Under the pieces are notes generated by a model, which was not told the DNA's origin, ran no database searches, and saw only the letters and a list, made by a program, of their open reading frames with translations. From Proteromonas lacertae (taxonomy: Eukaryota): a stretch of DNA of 64,000 nt. Made by a program: the position numbers and the translations under genes. The stretch covers positions 248,001-312,000 of the forward strand of contig NGBS01001164.1 of NCBI GenBank assembly GCA_002245135.1, written 5' to 3'. Each line of letters begins with the position of its first letter. The first letter of the stretch is position 1. Below are positions 12,381 to 25,718 of the stretch, piece by piece.

Positions 12381-14350
12381 TTAATTATTTGGAAGTGTCA
12401 ATGTTGGATATCTTTTTCCCATTTTAGTTAAATAATTGGTGTCTTTAATATAATTAGAATTCAAGTGTAATGTCTTTAATGTAGTGACATTTGTTAAACA
12501 TTCATATAAATAATTAGCTCCTTTGTCTTCAATCTCATTTTCATCTAAATCAATTTCTTCGATTGCTTTAAGTTCTGAGATATGATCACAGAATATTTTC
12601 ATTCCAATATCATTTATCTTATTACCATAAATGTATAACTTGTGAAGACCAGAGAGATTGCTTAATTGATTGGCTAATTCTTTCATACCAACATTACCAA
12701 TATGAGTATGACTTAATCCTAATTGTTCTAAACTAGTTAAACTACTAATATTATCACATAATGCTTTCAATTCTACATAATCAGCTGGCTTTGGTATCTC
12801 TGGAACTATTTCAATATAATAATAATAATATATTTTATATACAGATGTAGCTTGTATATGTTGGATCAGTCTGTGGGCCTAAGATGTTATTTTGTAAATG
12901 TAATTCTTTTAACTTTGGTAAGGATGATAAATGTGATGAAAATGTGATTAATCCATTATTAGTGATGTTGTTATTAGCAATTGATAATATTTCAAGAGTT
13001 GAAACTGATGATAAATATTCACTTACTTCTTTAATACCATTATCACCCAAGTTATTATCTATTTAAATATAATAATATTGATATTGATATATACGTTCTA
13101 ATCCTAAGGCATTCAAACATCCAAGATTGGATAATTCTTTTGCCAATATTTTTCCTCCAACAGCATTAATAGAATTGAATCCTAAAGTCAATCTCTTTAA
13201 TAATTTCACATGTGATAAGTTAGCTGTAAGATTCTTCATACCAATATCACTCAATGCATTATCATGTAAACCAAGTACTTTTAATTGAGTAACATTATGC
13301 AATTCATCAAAGAATCCCTTTATATCTTCACCATTTATCTTATTACCACTTAAATCAATTAATTCTAACTTATGCAAACATGTTAAGTTTTCTCCTAAGG
13401 TTAATAATGCTTTTGACGGTATTACTTCCTCTGGTTCAGGGAATGGCATCCATGATAATACATATTCAATTACTGCCATTTGCTCTTCGCTGATTTTTGT
13501 ACCAATGATATTGTTCTTCACTACTAATCCTTCTAAGGATGGTAATGCTGTAAGATGATTGGCTAATGAAAATAACCCTTCTGGGGATATTTTGTTATAA
13601 CCTAAGTCAAGCTTTTTCAAGTTCTTTGTGTTTGTTAATGCAACACATAACATTTTTACTGAATTATCATCAATGTTATTCTCTTCTAAGTGTAAGTTGA
13701 CTAAGTTTGTTAATTCACCAAGATTCTTAAGAAATATTGGATGTTCAGATTGATCAATATCACAAGCTATTAATATATATATATATAATTGATAATTAAT
13801 TTATACAATTCATGTTCAATACTTCCAACTTGCTTAAAAATGGTAAGTTTTGGAAGAAGATATGGAATTGAGGGTTTAAATCATCAGTTCTTGATAAATC
13901 AATACTTTTAATTTCAGACAACATATTCAAATTTCCTGTAAAAAAATCAAATGCATTGGCAGTAACATGAGCTAATAATATTAGAATGGCTTATAATCTT
14001 ATAATATACTTAAATCGAGTATTCCTTTTCCATCAACATAAGAAAGTAACTCATCTTCTAATGGTAATGATTTGCTATTATCTTCTTTCTCAACTACTGC
14101 TTTTAAATCTTCATAGTTCTTTAAATAGATATTTAAAAGCTTGAAGAAGTCTACTGTGGATTTTGACTTTTTATATTGCTTTATCATATCTGGAAAAATC
14201 TCTACATGGTATAAATGACAAATAAATACCAGGGTTTGAAACAACATTCTCTAATAACACTGAAAAATCTTCTGATCCTACCTTATGCTCAACAGCTTGT
14301 GGTACATCTGCATTTTTGGTATTTTGGGTTTGTTCAGTGGTTTGCTGCAT
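12381..14350 (-). CDS. RNI-like (28-residue) leucine-rich repeat protein
   Basis: Many LxxLxLxxNxIxxxG repeats across ORFs 13063-13653, 12835-13050 and 12381-12770. The ATG at 14350 (MQQTTEQ...) is linked by short introns. Confidence 0.85.
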
Positions 14351-15042
14351 TAGGTAAGAAATTATTTAGAAAATGAAAGCTTGAGTTTATCAAACCAGAT
14401 CCTTGTAATTTCCATTTTAAAGTGTGTACAGAGTGTTTGTCGTTGATAAAAATGAAACTGCGATTAGTATATGTCTTACTACAATTAATTCTGGCAATTA
14501 AAACAATGATGTTGAATAAATCAGTAACAAGTTGAAAATAATATAATCCAAATACGAAATGACTATGTTAAGATAGAATTATGAAAGAATAATAACTTAT
14601 ATAAAGAATATTCTTCGTATTATCAGTTTTTCTATAATTTGAGGCTTTAAGATAGTTTATATACCAAATATTAACGTAATTAGACGGATGGTACACTTTT
14701 AAACTGTGAAGTGTGGTAGTTTAAGAGAATTAAAGTTATTATGCTTGTGGTGAAAAAATAGTGTTGTTATTCTTTATATACACAATGTAGATAGTAAGAA
14801 AGGCAAAGAAAATGATTTTTTTTTCCTTTTGTTTTTAGTAAGTATACAACCAGGTTAAATCATTTCCAGAATTAAATGAAATAATGAATGGCTATCCTCG
14901 ACGCAAATTTAAACCATCTTCATTAATTATATTCAAATTGAATGTTTTTTTACAATTTTTGTTGAGATAAAGCTTGATAAAATCAAACAAGATTTTTTTT
15001 ATCAAAAGTTCAAGATAAAACTAATTCTTGATTAATACCATC

Positions 15043-15775
15043 ATGAATAGATTGTTTATTCCTATATGTATTTGCTACACTGATTAATACTAATAGTACT
15101 GTCATGCTGTATTTGTTTAGTAGAATGTAGAGAAGAAAGAAGTATGTATTGTTATATGGTTATTATGTAGAAACATTACCTACTTTTCCTTTAATAGCAG
15201 GAGAAGGCGCAATTAGAATTGAAACCTTGGATTTTATAGGTATAATAATGCAGACGTATATTATTTATTGTAATAAGAAAATATATACATATGCAAGATT
15301 AGTAACACCTGTGGGTGAGTTGAAAGAGCTTACATCTGCAACAATAAACGTAGAAAATAATAATAATTACACTTTTTATGATGTTGGAACTTCAGAAGTA
15401 GATAAAGGTGAATCATTTTTATGGTTTGATAATAAGGATTTATTAGTTGATACTGATTATGAAAGCTGTGATTTAGAACCTGGTAAGTACAATGGAAATG
15501 AATTGAAGGCTAAATGCAACTTTGATATTGGAGCTGACAGTTTATATGATGGATATATATTTAAAATATCTGAAGATGATATAAAAGCTTATAATGTAAC
15601 ATCAAGTGACTTGGTATCTACTAATAATGCAAATACAGATAATGAGCATGATGTAAAGACATATGAAGAATTGAATGATATTATTAATGATATTATAAAC
15701 AGTTTACCTAAATCCTCATCAATAATTATTCCATCCATTTTGATGGTTTTAGCCTTATTATTTCTCTTAATGTAG
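15043..15775 (+). CDS. Putative GPI-anchored surface protein, copy 1
   Basis: Two 29-nt introns (15068-15096, 15142-15170) give signal peptide MNRLFIPILLSCCICLVEC. It ends in KSSSIIIPSILMVLALLFLLM*, a small-residue site plus hydrophobic tail with no cytosolic residues. Confidence 0.8.
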
Positions 15776-16592
15776 AAATATGATAATTACTGATCATTGA
15801 TCCATTTTTTTGTTTTTTATTAATATCACACAAACCATAATACAATAATGAAAGTGATCATTGATTGCATATAAAAGTCAACAATAAAAATGAAAAAAAA
15901 ATAAATGTGTGTCAAGCTTTTTGGCTTGATGAATAACATTTTTCTTCATTTTTCATTATATAATTATTATTAGTAACTAATATAACATAATATATTTATA
16001 TATATGCTAATGTTACTTATGTTTATATTGAAAGTCTGTATAGAAGAATTATTTATTCTATTATGTATATTAGCAATTATTATTAAGCTCAAAATATATT
16101 TATAGGTATATCACATATCATTGTATTGAAAGAAAAAATAATATACATTTATTGAAAAGATAATTAATCATAGATTGTATAGGTAAATATCATAGAATAA
16201 TAATGATATCAGGCAATTATCATCTGTGAAACAGTTGTGATTAAATAACTAGTGCATTATATAGTATATTTTGGAAAAACTGTGGGAATAACTGGATGAA
16301 ACATACAACACAATCAGTTCACTCTTTTTTTAAGAGTAATTATTACATTAAAAACATATTTTAATAGTCCTTACGTGAAGTATTAATAGCTAATACTAAA
16401 TCACTATATAACATGCATATACAATCATTATATATTGATACTGAGATGATGTTTGATATAATAATGCTTTTAATTTCATCATTTTCAATCAGAATAATTC
16501 CATATCCTGAAATATATAAGAATGTAATATACAATAGATTAATTACTCATAAACTTCAGTTAATGTCAGAAAAAAAACGCTTAGATGAATGA

Positions 16593-16630
16593 AATATTAT
16601 TGGCTATTGGTTATTGGCATATTATTGGCT
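16593..16630. promoter_or_regulatory. Cluster of four ATTGG (CCAAT-box-like) words upstream of surface gene copy 2
   Basis: aatattATTGGctATTGGttATTGGcatattATTGGct lies 30-65 bp before the ATG. Similar words precede copy 3 (about 18005-18035) and copy 4 (CCAAT on + strand at about 22670-22700). Confidence 0.45.
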
Positions 16631-16659
16631 ACATCTCATTAAAATCTTTGAGTGAGTTA

Positions 16660-17418
16660 ATGATGAATAAAATCGTAATTGCCTCAATTCGTATATTCTA
16701 TATTAAATGATATTAATAGTCTTGTTATTCTGCATATGTTTAGTAGAATGTGAAGAAGAAAGAAGTATTTTATTGATTAGATTTTTATTTATAGAATGTT
16801 TAATGTGTCATAAACATAAAAGAACTGATAAAGCAGTGAAAGTATCTTCTATTAAAGCAGAAGGTGAAGCCTTTTTCATTAAAAGATGGAGAAGGAGCTA
16901 TAATAGAGGAAAAAGGAACTATACTTGAATCATACACAGCTTTTGGTGATAAAAAGATTTTTCAATATGAACATGGAAAGATGGGTAGTATGGAATCAAT
17001 TGAGTATATTTCAGCAACAGTAACTGTAGAAAAAGGTAAAAATTACAATTTTTATGATGTAAAAAACGCTAAAATTGATGAAGGTGAATCATATGTGTGG
17101 CTTAATGATAGAGCTGCTTATAGATGTGAAATTGAACCAGGTAAATACAGTATAAATGATTTTAATAGTAAATGTGAAAGTGATAAAATAAGTTTAGATC
17201 TTGATAGTTACGTCTTCAAAACAACTGAAGATGGAAAAGAAGCATATGCAACTTATAGTACATCTATGGTTGGTCATATTAATGAAGATAGCAAATATGA
17301 GGTGAAGACATTTGCTGAATTAAATGAGATTATGAGTAAATATCCTAAAGAAAAATCATCATCAGTAATTATTCCATCAGTTATGATGGTCTTAGCATTG
17401 TTATTTCTCTTAATGTAG
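16660..17418 (+). CDS. Putative GPI-anchored surface protein, copy 2 (one +1 frameshift in T-run 16872-16876)
   Basis: Same two-intron structure, MMNKIVIASILLLFCICLVEC leader, EGAI, CEIEPGKY and EVKTFAELN motifs and hydrophobic tail. Removing one T restores the frame. Confidence 0.75.
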
Positions 17419-18065
17419 AAATTTGGTAATTACTGAGTTTTGATACAATTTTGTGTTTCAAATAAAACTTGAATATTTCAAGCTTTAGGCTTGAATTGTT
17501 TGATTTTTATCATTTTTATCATAATCATTCCTTTATTGCTAAAAGTTTTTAGTAAATCTGATAGTAGAGGTATTATGTTTATAAATTTGTGGTGTAAATG
17601 TGATAAATACTAACGATGAATTTTTAAAACGAAAGCTTGAATATATCAAACCTGATACTGTTTTTATTTGCTGTAATAATGTGAAATAAGTGTATATTGT
17701 GAATGAAGAGAAAAAAATATTATATATGTTGATAATGACTTTATATTTAAAAAGAAATAAACATCCTATTATTCATTATTCACCAATTATTAAATTTGTA
17801 GGTTATTGATGTTAAATGCAATTGTTAATGTAAATAAACAGCTAAACTATTGCAATAACAGTGTATTTATTCAAAATTTTGTATAATTCGAATTTACACT
17901 AGAAATAATTAGATATATTTGATAGTAAGATAATCAACATAATATTTGGCTTGTAATTAGTCTAATGCTGTTATCAATGAAAAAAATAACGGTAAGAAAA
18001 TATAATTGGTTGTTGCTAAGTAGAATATTATTGGCTACATCTCATTAAAATCTTTGAGTGAGTTA

Positions 18066-18816
18066 ATGATGAATAAAATCGTAATTGCCTCAATTTCGTA
18101 TATTCTATATTGAAACTGATATTAATAGTCTTGTTATTCTGCATATGTTTAGTAGAATGTGAAGAAGAAAGAAGTATTTTATGATTAGATTTTTATTTAT
18201 AGAGTGCTTGATTTGTCTCAAACATAAAAAAGTTGGCAAAGCAGTGAAAGTATCTTCTATTAAAGCAGAAAAAGCTTTTCCATTAAAAGATGGAGAAGGA
18301 GCCATAAGAGAGGAAAAGGAAAGTTTAGCACAAGAGTATAGTGCATTTGGTGATAAAAGAGTTTATCAATATTTTCATGGGAAAAGTGGCGACATTGAAA
18401 TGATTTATTATCTTACAGCATCAGTGGAGGTAGAAAAAACTGATACTTACAGTTATTACAAGATTGAAGATGTAGAGCCAGATGGTTCATCATATGTGTG
18501 GTTTAATGATAAAGCTGCTTTAGGTGGTAAATGTGATTTAAAACCAGGCAAATACAGTATAAATGATTTTAATAGTAAATGTAGTGAAATTTTACATTTT
18601 GGTGGAGATAGTTACGTCTTCAAAACAACTGCAGATGGAAAAGATGCATATACAGCTTATAGTAAATCGGATGTTGGTTATATTAATGAATATGATAAAC
18701 ATGAAGTAAAATCATTTGCAGAATTAAACAGCATTATGAGTAGTTATCCTCAATCATCATCAGTAATTATTCCATCCATTTTGATGGTTTTATCCTTATT
18801 ATTTCTCTTAATGTAG
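18066..18816 (+). CDS. Putative GPI-anchored surface protein, copy 3 (extra T in exon 1 near 18095)
   Basis: The 5' region is nearly identical to copy 2 and the tail and 3' flank are nearly identical to copy 1. Exon 1 reads tcaatttcgta versus tcaattcgta in copy 2. Confidence 0.75.
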
Positions 18817-18959
18817 AAATATGATAATTACTGATCATTGATCCATTTTTTTGTTTTTTTATTAATATCACATAAACACAATACAACTATAAAAAGTTTA
18901 ATAAATAATATATGAACATCTTTACACATTTTAAAGATAGAGATAACTTTACAATTCTA

Positions 18960-20109
18960 TTATACATCAGAATCAACTGAAATATTATCTAATTTACATT
19001 GTACAACATGAGATGCTAATTCTTTTGGATTTTTACTATTATAACCACATATTCTACACTTCCATTTAGATTGATGATTACATTCAAATTCTTCTTCTGC
19101 TTCTATTTTGTATTTTCGTATTAAATATTGAACTAATAACGTCCTGATATATTAATATATAATAATAGCAATATACTCTTCATATAAATTAAGTTGATTT
19201 TTTGCAAACTTCTTCTTAAAACAATCTGTACATCTATTTGTTTTAAATGGCACATTCTTTAAATAAAATTCAAATAAATTATCTAAATTATAAATTTTAA
19301 ACTCAATATCTGCAAAAAATGAATCTAACAGATTTATCAATTTATTGGAGGATATTGGAATTAACAAACCCTTGTCTAAATAACACTATCACTAAATCTT
19401 GAGATATTCCACTTATATTAGTAATTTCACTATATTCAGGATAAATACTACACTTTTTATTACAATTCTTATTTAGACTGTTTTGACATACGTTATAGAG
19501 ATATTGAAAATAGGTTTTAACGGTTTGTGGAGATATTTCATTCTATTTCAATATAATTAACAAAATTAATAAGTTCTATACTTCCTTATATGAACTATAA
19601 TTACTTAAAACCTTGCGTGCATCTCTTAACTGGGAAAAACAGTTGTTTAATATAGCTTTCTCTTTTTGATTCACAATCTCTTTATATTCGTTCTTCGCTT
19701 TTTCTAATCCTTCTTTTAATAACCTTAAATGTTGCTGTTGCCTGTATTGAAACTCTTTTTCGTATTTATGTGTAACTAACCATCTTCTAACAACACTTTG
19801 GCAAATAATTATGTTATCTCTTTGTCTTTTCTTATATTCTTTTTGCACATTAGTAAATAATATATCCTGAGGAGATATAACTGCTCTAACTTTGTGTCCT
19901 AATTGATTAGTTATGTAATCTGAGAGTGTTTTCTTAATATTAGGACAAATTTGAGGTCTATACCTTGATTGCAGTTGTAATTGACTATTCCTTCCTGGAT
20001 ATGTCTCATTGAACAATATTGCTCTATTTGGACTTTGAATTATAAAATTTGTGTGAATTAAATTATATCGTCTAATGATATATTATATTATATATTTATA
20101 CTTGTTCAT
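18960..20109 (-). CDS. IQ-motif / C-terminal CxxC..H..C zinc-finger protein (paralog family, copy 1)
   Basis: IQ-like motif IICQSVVRRWL. Last exon WKCRICGYNSKNPKELASHVVQC parallels the C-termini at 38403 and 39876. Confidence 0.55.
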
Positions 20110-20203
20110 CTACACTTCATTCATTAATAAATTAAAATTACAAAAGCACTGTAATTTACATTTTCAGTGGTAATTTTGGTATATTAGATTAAAATCGTAT
20201 ATT

Positions 20204-21766
20204 ATGGCTTCGCCAACTGATAGTTCTATACCACTGGAAGTTTTGCTGTCTATACAGACGCATAAAGACTATTATTTGTCCTTTAAGCCAAAAGAAGGTG
20301 AAAATCAAAGAAATCCTAGCTGTTTGGCTTATCCTAGATATATATCATACAAAAAGGTCAGTGAAAATATATTAAAAGTGTTAGAGCAAGTTCCTGACAA
20401 AGAATATGTATATATGAGCTCATTGAAAGAAAAGATTATTGGTTGGAAAATAAGTATTATGGCTACTTGATTTATCTAAATAGATGATTTTGAAATGAAA
20501 GATCTGGATTGGGATGACTTGTATATCCATACAGACAATCACACCTTCGATTTAAGTGGTCCACTTTATTTAACAGGTGTATTCTTCCCCTATTTATCAA
20601 TAATCATACCAAAATGGAGAAAAGAAGCAGAACAAAGACATGAAAAATATAATTCAGTATTATATTTAGTATCAGGAGCTACCAAGCCAATTAGTCAGAG
20701 TTATCAAATATCACATAGTTCTACAATCATTGCATCAAAAATAATCACAAAGTATGCATTAATTATTATACATTGTATAGATTCATTGAGACTTTCTTCC
20801 CTCAAATAAAAATAATACCATTATATTGTCAAGAGGATATGTTAAAATACTCTGTCAATCGTAAATTCATCTATACTACACTCCAACCAGCTTTAGATTA
20901 TTATTGTAATGAATTATCCAAATTATATAGTTCCAATTGGAAGAATTATTTCCATTTATCAGTATTAATGACAGGAGGTACTCCTGCATTATTAACACTA
21001 TTATATGATGGAGTACAAAGATATAGACCTGATATTATCCATATAACTCAACCTGACAGTTTCTGGTATAATTGGAGATTAGAAGAAGATGATTTAGAAA
21101 TTGAATATTTTAGAGAAGTATATATTATTATTATTAATAATAATAATTAGATAAGTGTTCCATTGTTTTCATATGATTCACTTCATGAAGAAGGTAAAAG
21201 AATAGTGAGTGAAATAATGAAATTTAGAGATGAATTGTATGAATTAATTGATAATGGAAATAATGAAATAAGTTCATTTTGGGTAAGAAAATCACATGTA
21301 CTAGTAATATCAGTGTGTATGGTTGGAGTATATTTTATATATTATATATTATATATTATATTATTATTATGTATTTAGAATAAAAATGGAGAATTAAAGT
21401 TCTATAGAGGTACAAATATGGAAGTAGCAATGCCAACTGGATCATTATGTAGTGAAAGAAATGCAATTGGAAGTGCTTTAGCTGATAATATGAGTTTAAA
21501 AAGAAGTGATATATTAGGAATAGCTGTGTTATTTGTGAATATATTATCAAGAGAAAAACCGTATAATTAAATTAGTATTTATATATATAATTGTGAATAG
21601 AAATTCAGTAGTTGATAATAAATTAAGTCGTTATAATCCATGCAAACCATGTGGTGTATGTTCTGAATGGTTAAAACATATTGTACAAGTTAATCCAGAT
21701 TTTAAAGTTTATACATTTACAGATGAGAGTTGTGAAAAGATATTTGTTGATACTATTAGTGTATAA
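20204..21766 (+). CDS. Cytidine deaminase-fold protein with large N-terminal alpha/beta (possibly CARF-like) domain
   Basis: Spliced 3' exons, absent from the ORF track, read FYRGTNMEVAMPTGSLCSERNAIGSAL...NPCKPCGVCSEWL. This is the CxE plus PCxxC zinc motif of CDA-type deaminases, preceded by GxNxE. Confidence 0.85.
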
Positions 21767-21878
21767 AATATATTAATAATATATTATTCACTGTAAATTA
21801 TTATCAATTCTTTTCTTATTGTTTTTGATAGTATGATATACCCTTAAAAACAATAATCAAGCAGTAATTATCATATTT

Positions 21879-22651
21879 CTATATTAAGAGAAATAATAAG
21901 GATAAAACCAACAAAATTGATGGAATAATTACTGATGATGATTGAGTATAACTACTCATAATTTCATTTAATTCAGCAAATGTCTTAACCTCATATTTAC
22001 TACCTCTTGCAGTATTACCAACATCATCTTTGTTTGATACTTTGTAAGCTTCACTTTCTTCTTCAGCTATTTTAAAAATGTAATCTTCGTCAGTCACTAT
22101 TTTTAAAGTAAATCCGCAATCAGCTAACTCTTGTCCTGTATGTCTTCCTGCAGCTAAATCACAAGTGAGAAATCCACCTTTTTTCATCTCTTCACTAATC
22201 CACATAAAAGACTTTGATAAATCTATTGCATAATCACTGTACATCGTATAGTTATTAGTATGTTCTACTTCTGCTGATGCAACAAGGTATGTAACACTTT
22301 CTCCTTGTGCTGCTTTACTATGTTGATACTGATATACTTTATTATCACCAAATGCAAAATATTGTTCTGACAGAAGTTCTTCACCTACTTTTTGCTGAAG
22401 AATTGCTCCTTCGCCTTCTTTTAATGGGAAGGCAGGACCGTTATTTGCATCTTCTCTTAACAACGGAGTCTTTCTTATCTCCTTAATAACTAATATCTTT
22501 ATGACATAAAAGACAGTCTATGAATGTTAAATATGATTACTCTTACGTTTATCTTGCTTACACTCAGTTGTGCAAATGCACAAAACCATCACTATGATAT
22601 ATTAGACTTTGAAAATATACATATAAACGCAACAACTGACTTATTCATCAT
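21879..22651 (-). CDS. Putative GPI-anchored surface protein, copy 4 (inverted; +1 frameshift near 22494)
   Basis: MMNKSVVAFILMVLCICTTEC leader, same two introns, AFPLKEGEGAI and YEVKTFAELN motifs, tail SSSVIIPSILLVLSLLFLLI*. Confidence 0.75.
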
Positions 22652-23171
22652 CTCAACTTATAAATTCAACCAATCAAATTCCAATAACCATTAACCAATA
22701 ATATTTCATTTAACATATAATTGTAATGTCGTTTATAACTTCAAAAATCAAATTTTTGATCAGTCTAAGTTTTGAACTGACTAAATTATTATGTTAATAA
22801 CAATGTAAATCACTTTTAAATCCATAAATGTTAGTAGTACTAAAAGTAGCTATATCTTGTAGTAGATACTATGATGTTCATTCCAAAAGATTTATTATTT
22901 AGAATAGACATATTATCACTGCTGCTGATGTATGTGCTACTCATTATAAATTATTAATAATGATGTTTGTTGTGCGTATGAAAAAAACTATTCAAGATCT
23001 CAATGCTTAACTCATTATTGTTGTAATAATAATATTCTTATGGTTTTGATAGAAATTAATCTATATTTTTTGTTTGTTCATCAAGTACAACACATTTCCT
23101 TATTATAAATAAAAAACTATTTAAAGTATTTATATTAAACGATCAATTTTCTTCTCCCCCTCCAGTTCATT

Positions 23172-25718
23172 CAATTATTATGATAAACAAAACGATCATC
23201 TGATTCATAACTATACATTTTCTTTGCTACTGGATCAATTACATAACTCTTAAATAATTCTATTTGACTAGGAATTTTTGGCATTCCTTTCATCTCAATT
23301 GATTTGATGTAATTATTTATTTCAGTGTTATTTTTATTCCCTTTTTCAGTCTATATATTAACCATCTCGTTGTATATCCTTCCAGTGTCATAATATACTT
23401 CTTCATTCTAACTAAATAATTAGATGGGCTACATAACAACATATTTGGTGTAACTTGTTCAATTCGAATTTGTTCAAATATCATTTGTAATTCCGTTGAG
23501 GATATGTAATTGTTATATTTTTTATAATATTTATAAGTACTTCTAATCATTTTATCATAGGCATTATATAGCTTTGGGGTTCTTTGAGTTACTTCCATTA
23601 CTAACGCTTTAAATACTTCTTTTGTTATTTTATGAACATCTAATTATATATAATAAATATATATATATATATATATAATACAATTAGTTCCATGTAAACA
23701 ACTCAATTTATTAGGAAAATTATCAAAATCGATACTTCTTAAATGAGGATAATTATAATCATCCAATGAAAAATCCATTGAAAAAGGATGAAAACAATTA
23801 TCAAATGAACATTTCTTTAATTTACTATAATCACCTCTTACAACATTATATCCATTACCAAAGGAGAATGTATAACCTGATGTAAGATCAACTGGTGAAT
23901 TTCGTCTCATTAATAATAATATTGCATCAGCTATTGCTAATCTGACTTTATAACGGATAGTACTTAAGGAAGAACCAGATTTCTGTAAGGCTTTATTTAG
24001 ATCACTCATGAAATTATCAGTATCTTACAACCAAGAATAAATTAAAGAAAATAACAATATACATATATACATATATAATAATAAAAAAAGGATATTCCAA
24101 AACAATCACCTATTGAAGGTAAATACTCTTTATTCATTGGGATTAACACTGGATTCTGTGATATATATATCCTCAATGGAGAAGTGCTAATAACAGCACC
24201 ATACCATCTTAGAAAATGGGTAACATTATTAGCTTTTAGTGATACTATGGATGGATATATAATAGAAGGTGGATCTTTAAATGATGGTGGATCTGACATT
24301 GGATGTTCTTTTGTAACTCTATAAAATGGAATATTCATCCAATATTTCTGTTTTGTTGTTTTTGTTTTGAATTCATTTAAATCATTTGGCATATTAAACA
24401 TATATGGTCCAAATCTAGTAGCAGCATCTATTCAATAATAATATCAATATATATACAATCAGGTGGAAATGATCTAGTCAAAGAAGCAAGCATTGCTAAA
24501 TTTGCACTTCCTGTATTTCTAGATAAAGACTCTAGCAATGGTAAACTAGTTCTTCTAACCATATAATATAACAAATCATCAATCGATTCACTTCCATTCT
24601 TCAGAACATAATTATAATGTTTAAATGATTCTTCTTCTTCATATAACTGTTCATATACTAATCCTAACATTAATTCAGCTCTCAATGCAAATTTACTCCC
24701 ACTACTACTCACTTTATTCAATATCTCTATTCCATGGTCTTTATCTTTATGTATTATTAATATTTCACCATAATAAAATAAAGTTTCATCATAATTCTCC
24801 TCGTGACGATTCAAAGCGTCTTCTAATACTTGTATTGATTCTTTTATTTTACCTTCATTAGCAAGAGATATACCATAATGAATACCATAGTTTGGAAATG
24901 AGTAATTTTCAGCTGGTATATTTTGATAGTAGAATACTGCGGTTTTGTAGTCTTCATTATCAAAATATAATTCTCCTAGACTATACCAACAATCTGCAAA
25001 TTTCATTCCTAACTTTACTGCTTTTTCAAAATAATATAATGATTTATCATTTTCTTCAATTTCTTTGTAATTTTTACCCAAATAATAATAACCTTCTGGT
25101 AAGTTAGGAAATTGAATTATATATTTCTTTAGTTTCTCTATTGATTCTTCATATTTCTTCACTAATAACAAGCCAGATCCTAGATTTATCAGTGCTTTAT
25201 AATGCTCAGGATTCAGTTCAAGAACTTTACGAAAACATTCAATTCCTTTATCATGATCTCCAATATCATAGTACGTATTACCTAGAGAGTAATGTGCATC
25301 AGTATAACTAGTTAATACTTATAATTATTTATTATACGATGGTGATATCTCTGTTGCTCTCTTTAAAAACGTAATTGCTAGTTCATATTCATTTATTGTC
25401 CTGTAAGCAACACCTAAATTGTTATAAGCCTCAACAAAATTTGGTTCTATTACATATAGGTTATATATAACAATAATAAAAAATACCTTCTGCAATTACT
25501 TTATGATAATAACTGATTGCTGCTTTAATATCACCTCCATGCTGTTCTCTTACAGCTGTAAGAAATAGATTCTTCACTTTTTCAGAATATTGTTTATGAA
25601 GAGGAAAGTTGGTAGTCTCCAATCCATATACATTATTTATCTAAACAGCATAGGGAAATAAAAAAGATACAAATAAGATTAGCATAAAAAGTACATTACA
25701 ATATGAGAAAAAAAGCAT
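23172..25718 (-). CDS. Signal-peptide TPR protein with C-terminal degenerate tubulin-tyrosine-ligase-like region (3' end approximate)
   Basis: Hydrophobic leader MLFFSYCNVLFMLILF, then TPRs (EAYNNLGVAY, AHYSLGNTY, EGYYYLGKNY, CWYSLGELY). Later come HFLRWYGAVISTSPLRIYI and NCFHPFSMDFSLDDYNYPHLRSID. Confidence 0.7.
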
